Part shown: positions 19,483 through 27,499 of the stretch, piece after piece
Layout of the letters: every line of letters begins with the position of its first letter
Position numbering within the stretch: the stretch's first letter is position 1
DNA from: Thermoanaerobaculia bacterium
Lineage (GTDB): Bacteria > Acidobacteriota > Thermoanaerobaculia > Multivoradales > JAHEKO01
Direction of reading: 5' to 3'
Length of the DNA: 64,000 nucleotides
NCBI GenBank assembly: GCA_049678185.1
Contig: JBAUDS010000369.1
Coordinates: 354-64,353 of the forward strand
Program-made: the position numbers and the translations under genes
The notes under the pieces: model-generated
What the model was told of the DNA's origin: nothing
The model's database searches: none
Seen by the model: the letters and a program-made list of their open reading frames with translations, nothing else

Positions 19483-21390
19483 ATGACAAAGAAAAACCCC
19501 TCCTCCGGTACCGCTCTCAGCTGGGAGGAGTGCATGGAGTTGCTCGAGAAGCTCCCCTCGCTGTCCCTCGAGGAACGGGCAGAGGCGATAGAAGCCCTGG
19601 TGCGCAACCCGAGCCCCGGAGTGCGGGGGCAGGCCCTCCAGGTCGGTGCCGCGATCTTGCCCGAGGAAACGCTGATCGAGTACATGCGGAGCGACTCCGA
19701 TGCCGTGCATCGCAACGCGGCTACCGAGATTCTCAAGATCCGAGGAAGTCGCAGTTTTCACCTGGCGGTCGAGTTGCTGGAAGACGAGGACCCCGACGTC
19801 GTGCTCCAGGCGGTTCTAATTCTCGATCACCTCAAAGACCCACGGGCTTTCGAGGCCCTGCGCGGGGCGCTTCACCACAGCGATCCCAATGTCGCCCAGT
19901 CCGCCATCGTCGCCGTCGGTCGTCTCGGTGATGCCAGGGCCATTCCCGACCTCCTACCTTTCCTGGAGAGCGATACCTGGCTTCGTGTCGCCGCGATTCA
20001 GGCCCTGGGTGACATCCGCTCGCCGGCCGCTGTCGAGCCGCTGAGCCCGCTGCTGACCGATCTGATGAGCGGGCCGATGGTCATCGAGGCTCTCGCCAGG
20101 ATTGGTGGCGAGGAGGCCTATCGGGCGCTCAGCGACCACTGGCTGCGCTTTCAAGACGAGTTGGACACCGAGACTGCTATCGGCTTTCTGGCCCACGTTG
20201 TCGAGGGTCTGCCCGAGCCTCCGCCACCCCGTCCCGAGCTCCGGTTGAGTCTGGCCGAGCGCCTGCGCGACCCCTACCGCGCGGTGCGACTCTCGGCCGC
20301 TCGCTGTCTGCTGGCACTGGGACCGGGGGCCGAGGACGCCGAGGCTCTCCACCTGCTCGCCGACTCTCTGCGCGAGGGGCCCACCATCCTGCCCAGCTGT
20401 CTCGCCCAGCGAACCGACCTCGCCGACACGCTCCTCGAAAGATCGGGCGCCTGGCGATTCTGGGGCTTCCTCTCCGCCGCCAAGCACCCGGGCTCCGCCT
20501 CCCCCGAGTCCCTGGCGCGCGCTCTGACCCGCGACGAGCCGGTGGAGTCTCTCGAAGCCATCATCGAGGCTCTGCGGGACGTCAAAAGCCCGGTCGTGGC
20601 AAATGCGCTATTGGATTTCTACCTGGGCCTTCCCGTCGAAGAGCGGGCCGGGCTCGAGCCGATCCTGGAGGAGCAGAGCGACCATCTCTCGGGCGTTTTG
20701 AAGCAGAGGAAAGATCTGCCGGAGACCGAGAGGCTGGTTGTACAAGCCCTGCTGGGGGAGCCGGCCGAGGGCATCGTGGCCCGCATCGTCGAGCTCGAAC
20801 CCGCGGAGCGGGTCGAGGTGATCTCGCGCCTCGGAGGTCATCCGGAGATCGTGCGTCAGCTACCGTGGCCGACATGGCTCGAGGAAGATCCCGAGCGCTA
20901 CGCCGAGCTGGCGGCACAGTCGGCGATCGCCTCCGGCTCGCGGGAGTTGTTACCGACGCTTCGATCTCTGCTCGAGCGTTTTCCCTTGCCCGATCTCGTT
21001 AGGGCCGCCGGTGAGCTTGGCGATCGCAAAGCGGTGCCGACTCTCATCAAACTTCTCGATGCCAAGAAGCCGCTCGTCTTCGTGCTCATTATCGAGAACC
21101 TGGGCAAGATCGGGGGGCCGGATGCCCGACACCATCTGCAGACCCTGGCCTCCGAAGAGGATGAGAAGATCGCCCGCCTCGCCTACAAGGCGCTGGCCTC
21201 GTGCGCCACCGAAGAAGACGATGAGTTTTTTCGCCAGGCCATCGATCACCAGGATTGGCTCGTCCGCCTCGCCTGCGTCGAAGTTCTCGGACGCTTCACC
21301 CGTCAGGAGAACATGGCAGCGCTGGCCCAATTGGCAGCCGACCCGGTTGCCGCGGTAGCCGAGCGCGCGGCCGCGGCACTGGAGGGATGA
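19483..21390 (+). CDS. HEAT-repeat (PBS-lyase-like) protein encoded inside the che operon.
   Basis: Repeated DPxVRxxAxxALGxIGDxRAV-type units (e.g. DPDVVLQAVLILDHLKDPRAFEAL; DPNVAQSAIVAVGRLGDARAIPDLL; DTWLRVAAIQALGDIRSPAAVEPL; RAAGELGDRKAVPTLIKLL). Confidence 0.7.
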   Translation: MTKKNPSSGTALSWEECMELLEKLPSLSLEERAEAIEALVRNPSPGVRGQALQVGAAILPEETLIEYMRSDSDAVHRNAATEILKIRGSRSFHLAVELLEDEDPDVVLQAVLILDHLKDPRAFEALRGALHHSDPNVAQSAIVAVGRLGDARAIPDLLPFLESDTWLRVAAIQALGDIRSPAAVEPLSPLLTDLMSGPMVIEALARIGGEEAYRALSDHWLRFQDELDTETAIGFLAHVVEGLPEPPPPRPELRLSLAERLRDPYRAVRLSAARCLLALGPGAEDAEALHLLADSLREGPTILPSCLAQRTDLADTLLERSGAWRFWGFLSAAKHPGSASPESLARALTRDEPVESLEAIIEALRDVKSPVVANALLDFYLGLPVEERAGLEPILEEQSDHLSGVLKQRKDLPETERLVVQALLGEPAEGIVARIVELEPAERVEVISRLGGHPEIVRQLPWPTWLEEDPERYAELAAQSAIASGSRELLPTLRSLLERFPLPDLVRAAGELGDRKAVPTLIKLLDAKKPLVFVLIIENLGKIGGPDARHHLQTLASEEDEKIARLAYKALASCATEEDDEFFRQAIDHQDWLVRLACVEVLGRFTRQENMAALAQLAADPVAAVAERAAAALEG

Positions 21391-21397
21391 GGCACCG

Positions 21398-22240
21398 GTG
21401 ACGACACCTCCCGTGACGATGACCTATGAGGAGTTCCAGCTCCTCAACGAGTTCATCTCCGACCTCATCGGGGTCAGCTTCCCCGCGGAGAGGGGCCGTT
21501 TGCTCGAATCCCGTCTGCGGCCCCGTGTCCAAGCGCTGCATCTGCCCCGGTTCATGGACTACTACTTTGTGCTCCAGTACGACATCGATAGCGAGGCCGA
21601 GCACCTCATGCACGCCGTCACCAACAATGAGACCTACTTTTTTCGCGAGACCCGCCAGTTCGAGGCTCTGTTCGATGAAGTGATCGGAGACCTCAAGGCA
21701 GAGGCCGTGACGCCAGGAACCATCCGGCTCCTCTGCGCCGGCTGCTCCTCGGGAGAAGAGCCCTACACCATCCGCATGTTCGGCGAGGAGAACCCCAACC
21801 CCGACGGCGAGTCGATGCTGCAAATCGACGCCATCGACATCGACCTGGAGCGCCTCGAGGCCGGCAGGACGGCGGAGTACGGGCCCAATTCCCTGCGCAG
21901 CACCAGCGAGACCCAGATCCAGAGCTACTTCAGCCGCAGCGGCAGCAATCGATTCAAACTCCTGCCGCATCTGCGGGTAGGAGTTCGCTTCTCCTACGGC
22001 AACATTCTGGATCTCGACTCCTATCCCAGCCTGGTCTCCTACGACGCGGTCTTCTGCAGGAATGTCTTGATCTACTTTTCGGAGGCGGCCCTCCACCGCG
22101 CCCTCGACAGCTTCGCCCGCGCCCTGCGCCCGGGAGGCCTACTTTTCCTGGGCCACTCCGAGTCGATCATCGGCGTCACACCGCAATTCGAGCCAGTCAG
22201 ACTCAGGAAGTGCATCGTCTACCGAAAGACCGGCGAGTGA
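21398..22240 (+). CDS. cheR: Chemotaxis protein methyltransferase CheR.
   Basis: N-terminal CheR helical domain plus SAM-dependent MTase (ETYFFRE...IRLLCAGCSSGEEPYTI...VFCRNVLIYFS). GTG start. Confidence 0.9.
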   Translation: MTTPPVTMTYEEFQLLNEFISDLIGVSFPAERGRLLESRLRPRVQALHLPRFMDYYFVLQYDIDSEAEHLMHAVTNNETYFFRETRQFEALFDEVIGDLKAEAVTPGTIRLLCAGCSSGEEPYTIRMFGEENPNPDGESMLQIDAIDIDLERLEAGRTAEYGPNSLRSTSETQIQSYFSRSGSNRFKLLPHLRVGVRFSYGNILDLDSYPSLVSYDAVFCRNVLIYFSEAALHRALDSFARALRPGGLLFLGHSESIIGVTPQFEPVRLRKCIVYRKTGE

Positions 22241-23313
22241 AGAAGATCCGCGTCGCCGTTGTGGACGACTCCTCCTTCATGCGCAAGGCGGTGGTGCGCA
22301 TGCTGGCGCCGGAGCCGCGCATCGTGGTCGTGGGTACCGCGGCCTCGGGTGAGGAGCTGCTGACACAGCTCGATACCTGGCAGCCCGATGTCGTCACCCT
22401 CGATCTCTTCATGCCCGGGATGGGTGGTCTGCGGACCCTCGATCGCATCATGGAGCGCAAACCGCTGCCGGTGATTCTCCTGTCGAGCCATTCGAGAGAG
22501 CGGGCGCCGCTGACCATCGAAGCACTGCACCGCGGCGCGGTCGACTTCATCGACAAGCAGCGCTACTCACTGGTGGATTTTCAAGCCCTGGGCAGGGTCC
22601 TGATCGACAAGATACTCCTGGTCACCGGGGCGCATGTCCATCCCCCGGACAGAGGCGCACACACAGGCGCACCAGAGGAGCACACGGGACCCGAAAGGCG
22701 GGCGCATCCCCGCGTGAGAAGCCCGCAGGCCACCCGAGCCCCTGCCTACGACCTCCTGCTGATGGGAGCCTCCACCGGCGGACCGGTGGCGATCCGCGAG
22801 ATCCTGGAGGACCTGGGTACCGATCTGCGGGTACCGGCAGTGGTGGTTCAGCACATGCCCAAAGGTTTTACCAGGGCTTTTGCCGAGCGGCTCAACAGCC
22901 AGCTACCGGTGCCGGTGCTCGAGGTCCTGGGCAGAGAGCCCCTGCTGCCTTCGACGATCTACATAGCACCTGCCGAGCGCCACCTGGTGATCCGCGGACG
23001 CCCTGGAGAGTTGACCGTCGTCGCCACCAGCGATCCCGACGACGTCACCCACCGACCCTCGGTCGATGTCCTCTTCTCCTCCGCAGCCAGCATCCCCGAG
23101 CTGCGGGTTGTCGGCCTGCTGCTCACCGGGATGGGGAGCGACGGCGCCAAGGGGATGAAGGAACTGGCCGGCGCCGGCGCCTTCACCCTGGCCCAAGACG
23201 CCGATACCTCGATTGTCTACGGCATGCCACGGGCCGCCGCCGAGCTCGGGGCCGCCCACGAGATCCTGCCGCTCGGCCAGATCGCCGCCCGGCTAAGAGA
23301 TTTAATTGGGTGA
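22236..23313 (+). CDS. cheB: Protein-glutamate methylesterase CheB (receiver domain plus CheB methylesterase).
   Basis: Receiver (KKIRVAVVDDSSFMR...VVTLDLFMPGMGG) plus methylesterase (LLLMGASTGGPVAIREIL...VVVQHMPKGFTRAFAERLN...GMGSDGAKGMKEL). A GTG at 22236 overlaps the cheR TGA (GTGA). An in-frame ATG at 22210 is an alternative start. Confidence 0.85.
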
Positions 23314-23402
23314 CAGGCTACTCAATTCAACGATTTGGACTGTAGGTCCGAGCTCGGGCAGTTGCAGCCAGTCCAAATCGTTGAATTGAGTAGCCTGTCA
23401 CC
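23309..23402. repeat. Perfect 34-bp inverted repeat separated by a 26-nt spacer (94 bp in total).
   Basis: Arm 1 is 23309-23342 (GGTGACAGGCTACTCAATTCAACGATTTGGACTG). Arm 2 is 23369-23402 and is its exact reverse complement. The spacer contains the small palindrome CCGAGCTCGG. The arms are AT-richer than their surroundings. Arm 1 overlaps the cheB stop codon. Confidence 0.85.
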
Positions 23403-23412
23403 GATCGGGCTG

Positions 23413-23976
23413 TCACCCTTCGGGCATCTCCGGCTCGAGGTCTATTCCCAAGCCGTCGGCCAGCCGGTTGTAATAGGCAAACATTCCCGTGACCTGGACG
23501 ATGTCGTGGATGGCGTGGTCGTCGAAACCCTGGTCGCGGATTGGCTGGAGATCCTGCTCCACCACCTGGCCGGGTGTCAGGGTGAGCTTGGCCACAAACT
23601 CGAGCATCGCCCGGTCGGCCGGGGCGAGGTCGGCTTGGGTGTAGTCGGTCTTGATCGCCGCCACCAGCGCCTCGGCCCCCGCCTGTCCCTGGACCTCTGC
23701 CCGGAGGTCCTCGCCATGGGCCTCGGCTCAGTAGTGACAGTCGTTGACCGCCGAGACCGTGGTGGCGATCATCTCCCGCTGTGCCCGGGTCAGCCCGCTC
23801 TCCAGTGAGTGCATGATCTCGATATAGGTCTGGGTCGACGAGCGCAGCACCTTGGGTCGCAGGCTCTGGATGCTGATGATGTTGTAGACCTTCCCCGCCC
23901 GCTTGACCGCGGCGTTGTAAAGCTGCTTCAACAGCCCCTCGGCCTCCCCCGGGGGAATCACCCTGATCCAAGCCAT
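23413..23976 (-). CDS. AhpD-like / carboxymuconolactone decarboxylase family protein (187 aa) with an in-frame TGA at the second Cys of the CxxCxxxH motif. Candidate selenoprotein (alternatively a pseudogene).
   Basis: Two ORFs in the same frame (23728-23976 and 23413-23664) are split by a single TGA at 23728-23730. The translation reads ...VSAVNDCHY[TGA]AEAHGEDLRAEVQGQ...AAIKTDYTQADLAPADRAMLEFVAKLT. The motif CHY-U-AEAH matches the AhpD CxxCxxxH active site. The frame stays open and conserved-looking for 83 codons after the TGA. A 7-bp perfect hairpin lies 17 nt downstream of the UGA. Confidence 0.5.
23691..23710 (-). promoter_or_regulatory. Candidate bacterial SECIS-like hairpin (GGACCUC-CGGGCA-GAGGUCC) 17 nt 3' of the in-frame UGA.
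   Basis: Seen directly: a 7-bp perfect stem with a 6-nt G-rich loop in the mRNA sense. Its spacing from the UGA is within the range reported for bacterial SECIS elements. No covariance model was run. Confidence 0.35.
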
Positions 23977-24051
23977 GGTGCTCGCATCGGACTACAGACC
24001 TGCGAGGATGTCAAGCACCGACCACGAGCCTTGCCCCGGAGGACCACATCG

Positions 24052-24276
24052 TCAGGTGGGAAGTACCGGCTTGTTGCGGCGGCCCTGCGCCGCGAAGTAG
24101 ACTCCGCTGCCAACAAGAGTTTGAAGGATCCCGATCGGAATCGTTGCGAGCAGGAAGGCTCGCTTGTAGCTCTCGAGCGTGACACCTTTCGCCATAGAAA
24201 GTGACACGGGCTCCCGATTCGGAAAGTCGACATACACTTCGTCCTCCACCGTAGTGCTAAACCGCACCCGCAACAT
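24052..24276 (-). CDS. Hypothetical small protein (74 aa) with a C-terminal TM segment.
   Basis: ORF divergent from the MBL hydrolase gene. Hydrophobic C-terminus (AFLLATIPIGILQTLVGSGVYFAAQG). Plausible codon usage. No domain recognised. Confidence 0.3.
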   Translation of the reverse strand: MLRVRFSTTVEDEVYVDFPNREPVSLSMAKGVTLESYKRAFLLATIPIGILQTLVGSGVYFAAQGRRNKPVLPT

Positions 24277-24288
24277 TGGAGAATTTCC

Positions 24289-25584
24289 ATGAGATCCACC
24301 AACAGGTTCCTGTCAGGAGTAGCTCTGTTCGTCGCCGTAACGATGCTCTATCTATGGGGGTACTCCGACGGACGCGAGGGCAGATCGCCCGGTCTCATGG
24401 GAGTGCTGCGCGCGGCTCCCACCGAGGCGACAAACGACTGGTCGCCCACCAAGCCCTATCCGTCACATGAGGTCTACTACCCCGGCACCGAGGAGCTGGG
24501 ACCGGACGAGATGCGCGTCATTACGTGCGGCTCCGGTATGCCGATGCCGCGCCTCAAACAGGCTGCCGCCTGCATCCTGGTGGAGCTGGGCAACGGGGAC
24601 AAGTTCATCTTCGATATGGGAACCGGCTCCATGGAGAGACTCTACGCACTCGGCATTCCGCTGGACTTCATAGACAAGGTCTTCCTCACGCACCTTCATG
24701 CGGATCATATGGGCGACCTGCCGGCGTTCTTTATCTATGGCCCACAGAACAACCGCTCGGTGCCTCTGCGGGTTTGGGGGCCCGGAGGAGGAGGCACGCG
24801 TCCGGAGTGGGGAACCAAAGCGGCAATGGACCACATGCTGGAGATGTGGGCATGGATGACCGGCACTCTGGTCGGCACCATCGACACACGCTCCTTCGGC
24901 CTCGAAGTCACGGAATACGACTGGTCGGCAGTCAATGGGGTCATCTACGAGGAGAACGGCGTGGTCATCAGAAGTATCCCTGCCGTCCACTTCGAGCAGT
25001 CGGCCAGCTTCATCATGGAATGGAACGGCCTCGAGCTGGCGTTCTCCGGGGACACACTCCCCAACAACTGGTGGATCGAGCACACCCAGGGCGTCGACCT
25101 CTCGATCCACGAATCCATCTTCATGCCCGACATGGCGATGAAGAAGTGGAAGTTCTCGGGTGAGGAAGCCTTGAACGCCATGACGAAGATCCATGCCAAC
25201 CCCGCCTTCTTCGCCAAGGCGATGGCCATGACGCGGCCGAGGCACGCCGTCGCCTACCACTTCCAAAACGACTTCGACACGCTCCCCGCCACCATCAGGA
25301 CCGTCGAGCAGATCTACGACGGCCCGGTGGATTATGCGCAAGACCTGATGGTGTGGAACGTCACCAAGGAAGGTGTGCGTACACGGATGGCCGTCCCCAA
25401 CCCGGAGTACTACCCGACACCTCCGCTTCAAGAGAAGCAAATCACAGTGGGCGGCGATAGTTACCAGACCCCCGAGTGGGTGCTCGATGGATTCCCGGAT
25501 GAGATGGATGCGGTCGCGAAGCAGATCTACGCGGACTTCAACAAAGAGCACGGAACAAAATTCGAGTTCAAGTTGAAGCCCTGA
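24289..25584 (+). CDS. MBL-fold metallo-hydrolase (RNase Z / arylsulfatase-like beta-lactamase superfamily).
   Basis: HxHxDH motif (THLHADHMGDL), plus downstream His/Asp ligands (AVHFEQ, SGDT). N-terminal hydrophobic segment (signal/TM). GC content and codon usage are visibly lower and more AT-ending than in neighbouring genes. Confidence 0.8.
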   Translation: MRSTNRFLSGVALFVAVTMLYLWGYSDGREGRSPGLMGVLRAAPTEATNDWSPTKPYPSHEVYYPGTEELGPDEMRVITCGSGMPMPRLKQAAACILVELGNGDKFIFDMGTGSMERLYALGIPLDFIDKVFLTHLHADHMGDLPAFFIYGPQNNRSVPLRVWGPGGGGTRPEWGTKAAMDHMLEMWAWMTGTLVGTIDTRSFGLEVTEYDWSAVNGVIYEENGVVIRSIPAVHFEQSASFIMEWNGLELAFSGDTLPNNWWIEHTQGVDLSIHESIFMPDMAMKKWKFSGEEALNAMTKIHANPAFFAKAMAMTRPRHAVAYHFQNDFDTLPATIRTVEQIYDGPVDYAQDLMVWNVTKEGVRTRMAVPNPEYYPTPPLQEKQITVGGDSYQTPEWVLDGFPDEMDAVAKQIYADFNKEHGTKFEFKLKP

Positions 25585-25699
25585 GCGGCATTTATTGCCG
25601 CGAAGAGGTCCACGGCCGGCCCCAAGCCCCTGGGCCGTGTAACGATACACTTACGCCAACACAGCCGCCGGAAAACCTGCGGCCCCGAGAGGCACCCCC

Positions 25700-27499
25700 T
25701 TGGACACCATCCGCAACTTCTGCATCATCGCTCACATCGACCACGGGAAGTCCACCCTGGCCGATCGTCTGATCCAGCGGTGTGGCGGGGTCGCGGAGCG
25801 TGAGTTCCGCGATCAGATCCTCGACTCGATGGACATCGAGCGCGAGCGGGGCATCACCATCAAGAGCAATACAGTGACCCTGGTCTACAAGGCCCAGGAC
25901 GGTAAGGACTACCAGCTCAACCTGATCGACACCCCGGGCCATGTCGATTTCTCGCACGAGGTGCGGCGGTCGCTGATGTCGTGCGAAGGGGCGTTGCTGC
26001 TGATCGACGCCGCCCAGGGGGTGGAGGCGCAGACTCTCGCCAATCTCTATCTGGCGTTGGAGTACGACCTCGAGGTGTTGCCGGTGATCAACAAGATCGA
26101 TCTACCGTCGGCCGATGTCGAAAAGGTGCGCGAGGAGATCGACGAGGACCTGGGGCTCGACCCTTACGAAGCGGTCTTGTGCTCGGCCAAGCAGGGCACC
26201 GGCATCGACGACGTGCTGGAGGCCATCGTCCACAAGCTACCGCCACCCGAGGGCGACCCCGAAGCGCCGCTCCAGGCCCTGATCTTCGACGCTCAGTACG
26301 ACGCCTACCGCGGGGTGGTCATGCTCTGCCGGGTCAAGGAGGGGACCTTGCGGCCCGGCCAGATCATCCGGCTCATGCATTCGGAAAAGGAGTACGAGGT
26401 CGAGGAGGTGGGCCTGCTCCAGCTCAAGCAGGTCAAGGCCCATCATCTCGCCGCCGGTGCCGTGGGTTATGTCATCGCCGGCATCAAGACGGTGCGGGAC
26501 ATCGCCATCGGCGACACCATCACCGCTGCCGAGCTCCCCGCTGCCGAGCCCCTGCCCGGCTACAAGGAGGCCAAGCCGGTGGTCTTCTCCTCCATCTATC
26601 CGATGTCCACCGATGACTACGAGGACCTGGCCAAGGCGCTCGACAAGCTGGCGCTGAACGACGCCGCGCTGACCTATGAGAAGGACTCCTCCACGGCGCT
26701 GGGTTTCGGCTTCCGCTGTGGTTTTCTGGGGCTGCTGCACCTTGATGTGGTGCAGGAGAGACTGAAGCGGGAGTACGGGCTATCGCTGTTGCTCTCGGCG
26801 CCATCGGTCAGATACGAGCTGATGCTCGAGGACGGCACCGAGACGTCTGTCGACAACCCGACCCTCTTCCCCGATCCAAACCACATCGACGGCGCCGCCG
26901 AGCCCTTTATCAAGGCCGCCATCATGATGCCGGAGCGGTACATCGGCGTGGTGATGGAGCTCTGCCGCGAGCGCCGCGGTGTCAACACCACCTATAACTA
27001 TCTCGCCGTCGGCAGGGTGGAGCTGACCAGCGAGCTGCCCCTGGCCGAGGTGCTGTTCGACTTTTACGACAAGCTCAAGACGGTGACCCAGGGCTACGGC
27101 TCGTTCGACTACGATCTGCTCGACTACCGCCCCACCGACCTGGTCAAGGTGGACATTCTGGTCAATAGCGAACCGGTGGACGCGCTGGCCCAGCTGGTGC
27201 ACCGGGACAAGGCGAGACCGCGGGCGTTGCGCTACTGCGAGAAGCTGGCCGAGACCATCCCCCGTCAGCAGTTCAAGATCGCCATCCAGGGGGCGATCGG
27301 CGGCAAGATCATCGCCCGCTCCACGATCAACGCCTACCGCAAGGACGTCACCGCCAAGTGCTATGGCGGGGACATCACCCGCAAACGGAAGCTCCTGGAG
27401 AAGCAACGAGAGGGTAAGAAGCGGATGAAGGTGGTGGGAGCGGTCGAGATCCCGCAGTCGGCCTTTATGGCGGTGCTCAAGGCGGACACCGACAATTGA
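25700..27499 (+). CDS. lepA: Translation elongation factor 4 (LepA).
   Basis: IRNFCIIAHIDHGKSTLADRL (G1), DTPGHVDF (G3), NKID (G4), and the LepA-specific C-terminal domain (...AKCYGGDITRKRKLLEKQREGKKRMK). TTG start at 25700. Confidence 0.95.
   Translation: MDTIRNFCIIAHIDHGKSTLADRLIQRCGGVAEREFRDQILDSMDIERERGITIKSNTVTLVYKAQDGKDYQLNLIDTPGHVDFSHEVRRSLMSCEGALLLIDAAQGVEAQTLANLYLALEYDLEVLPVINKIDLPSADVEKVREEIDEDLGLDPYEAVLCSAKQGTGIDDVLEAIVHKLPPPEGDPEAPLQALIFDAQYDAYRGVVMLCRVKEGTLRPGQIIRLMHSEKEYEVEEVGLLQLKQVKAHHLAAGAVGYVIAGIKTVRDIAIGDTITAAELPAAEPLPGYKEAKPVVFSSIYPMSTDDYEDLAKALDKLALNDAALTYEKDSSTALGFGFRCGFLGLLHLDVVQERLKREYGLSLLLSAPSVRYELMLEDGTETSVDNPTLFPDPNHIDGAAEPFIKAAIMMPERYIGVVMELCRERRGVNTTYNYLAVGRVELTSELPLAEVLFDFYDKLKTVTQGYGSFDYDLLDYRPTDLVKVDILVNSEPVDALAQLVHRDKARPRALRYCEKLAETIPRQQFKIAIQGAIGGKIIARSTINAYRKDVTAKCYGGDITRKRKLLEKQREGKKRMKVVGAVEIPQSAFMAVLKADTDN

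Noticed and set aside
17551-19761. 736-aa minus-strand ORF antisense to the MCP gene.
   Set aside because: It is a Gly/Leu/Arg/Asp-rich antisense shadow of the highly conserved MCP signalling domain, with no recognisable motifs.
23728-23730. The in-frame TGA interpreted simply as a nonsense mutation or sequencing error (pseudogene).
   Set aside because: Not fully rejected. It is down-weighted because the stop falls exactly on the redox Cys codon, the downstream frame is intact and conserved-looking, and a hairpin follows. The annotation therefore carries only 0.5 confidence.
23327-23971. 214-aa minus-strand ORF in an alternate frame over the AhpD-like locus.
   Set aside because: It is Gly/Arg/Pro-rich low-complexity. 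The AhpD-like frame, including the UGA read-through, gives a coherent domain.
24463-25650. 395-aa minus-strand ORF antisense to the MBL hydrolase.
   Set aside because: Shadow ORF. The plus frame has the HxHxDH motif.
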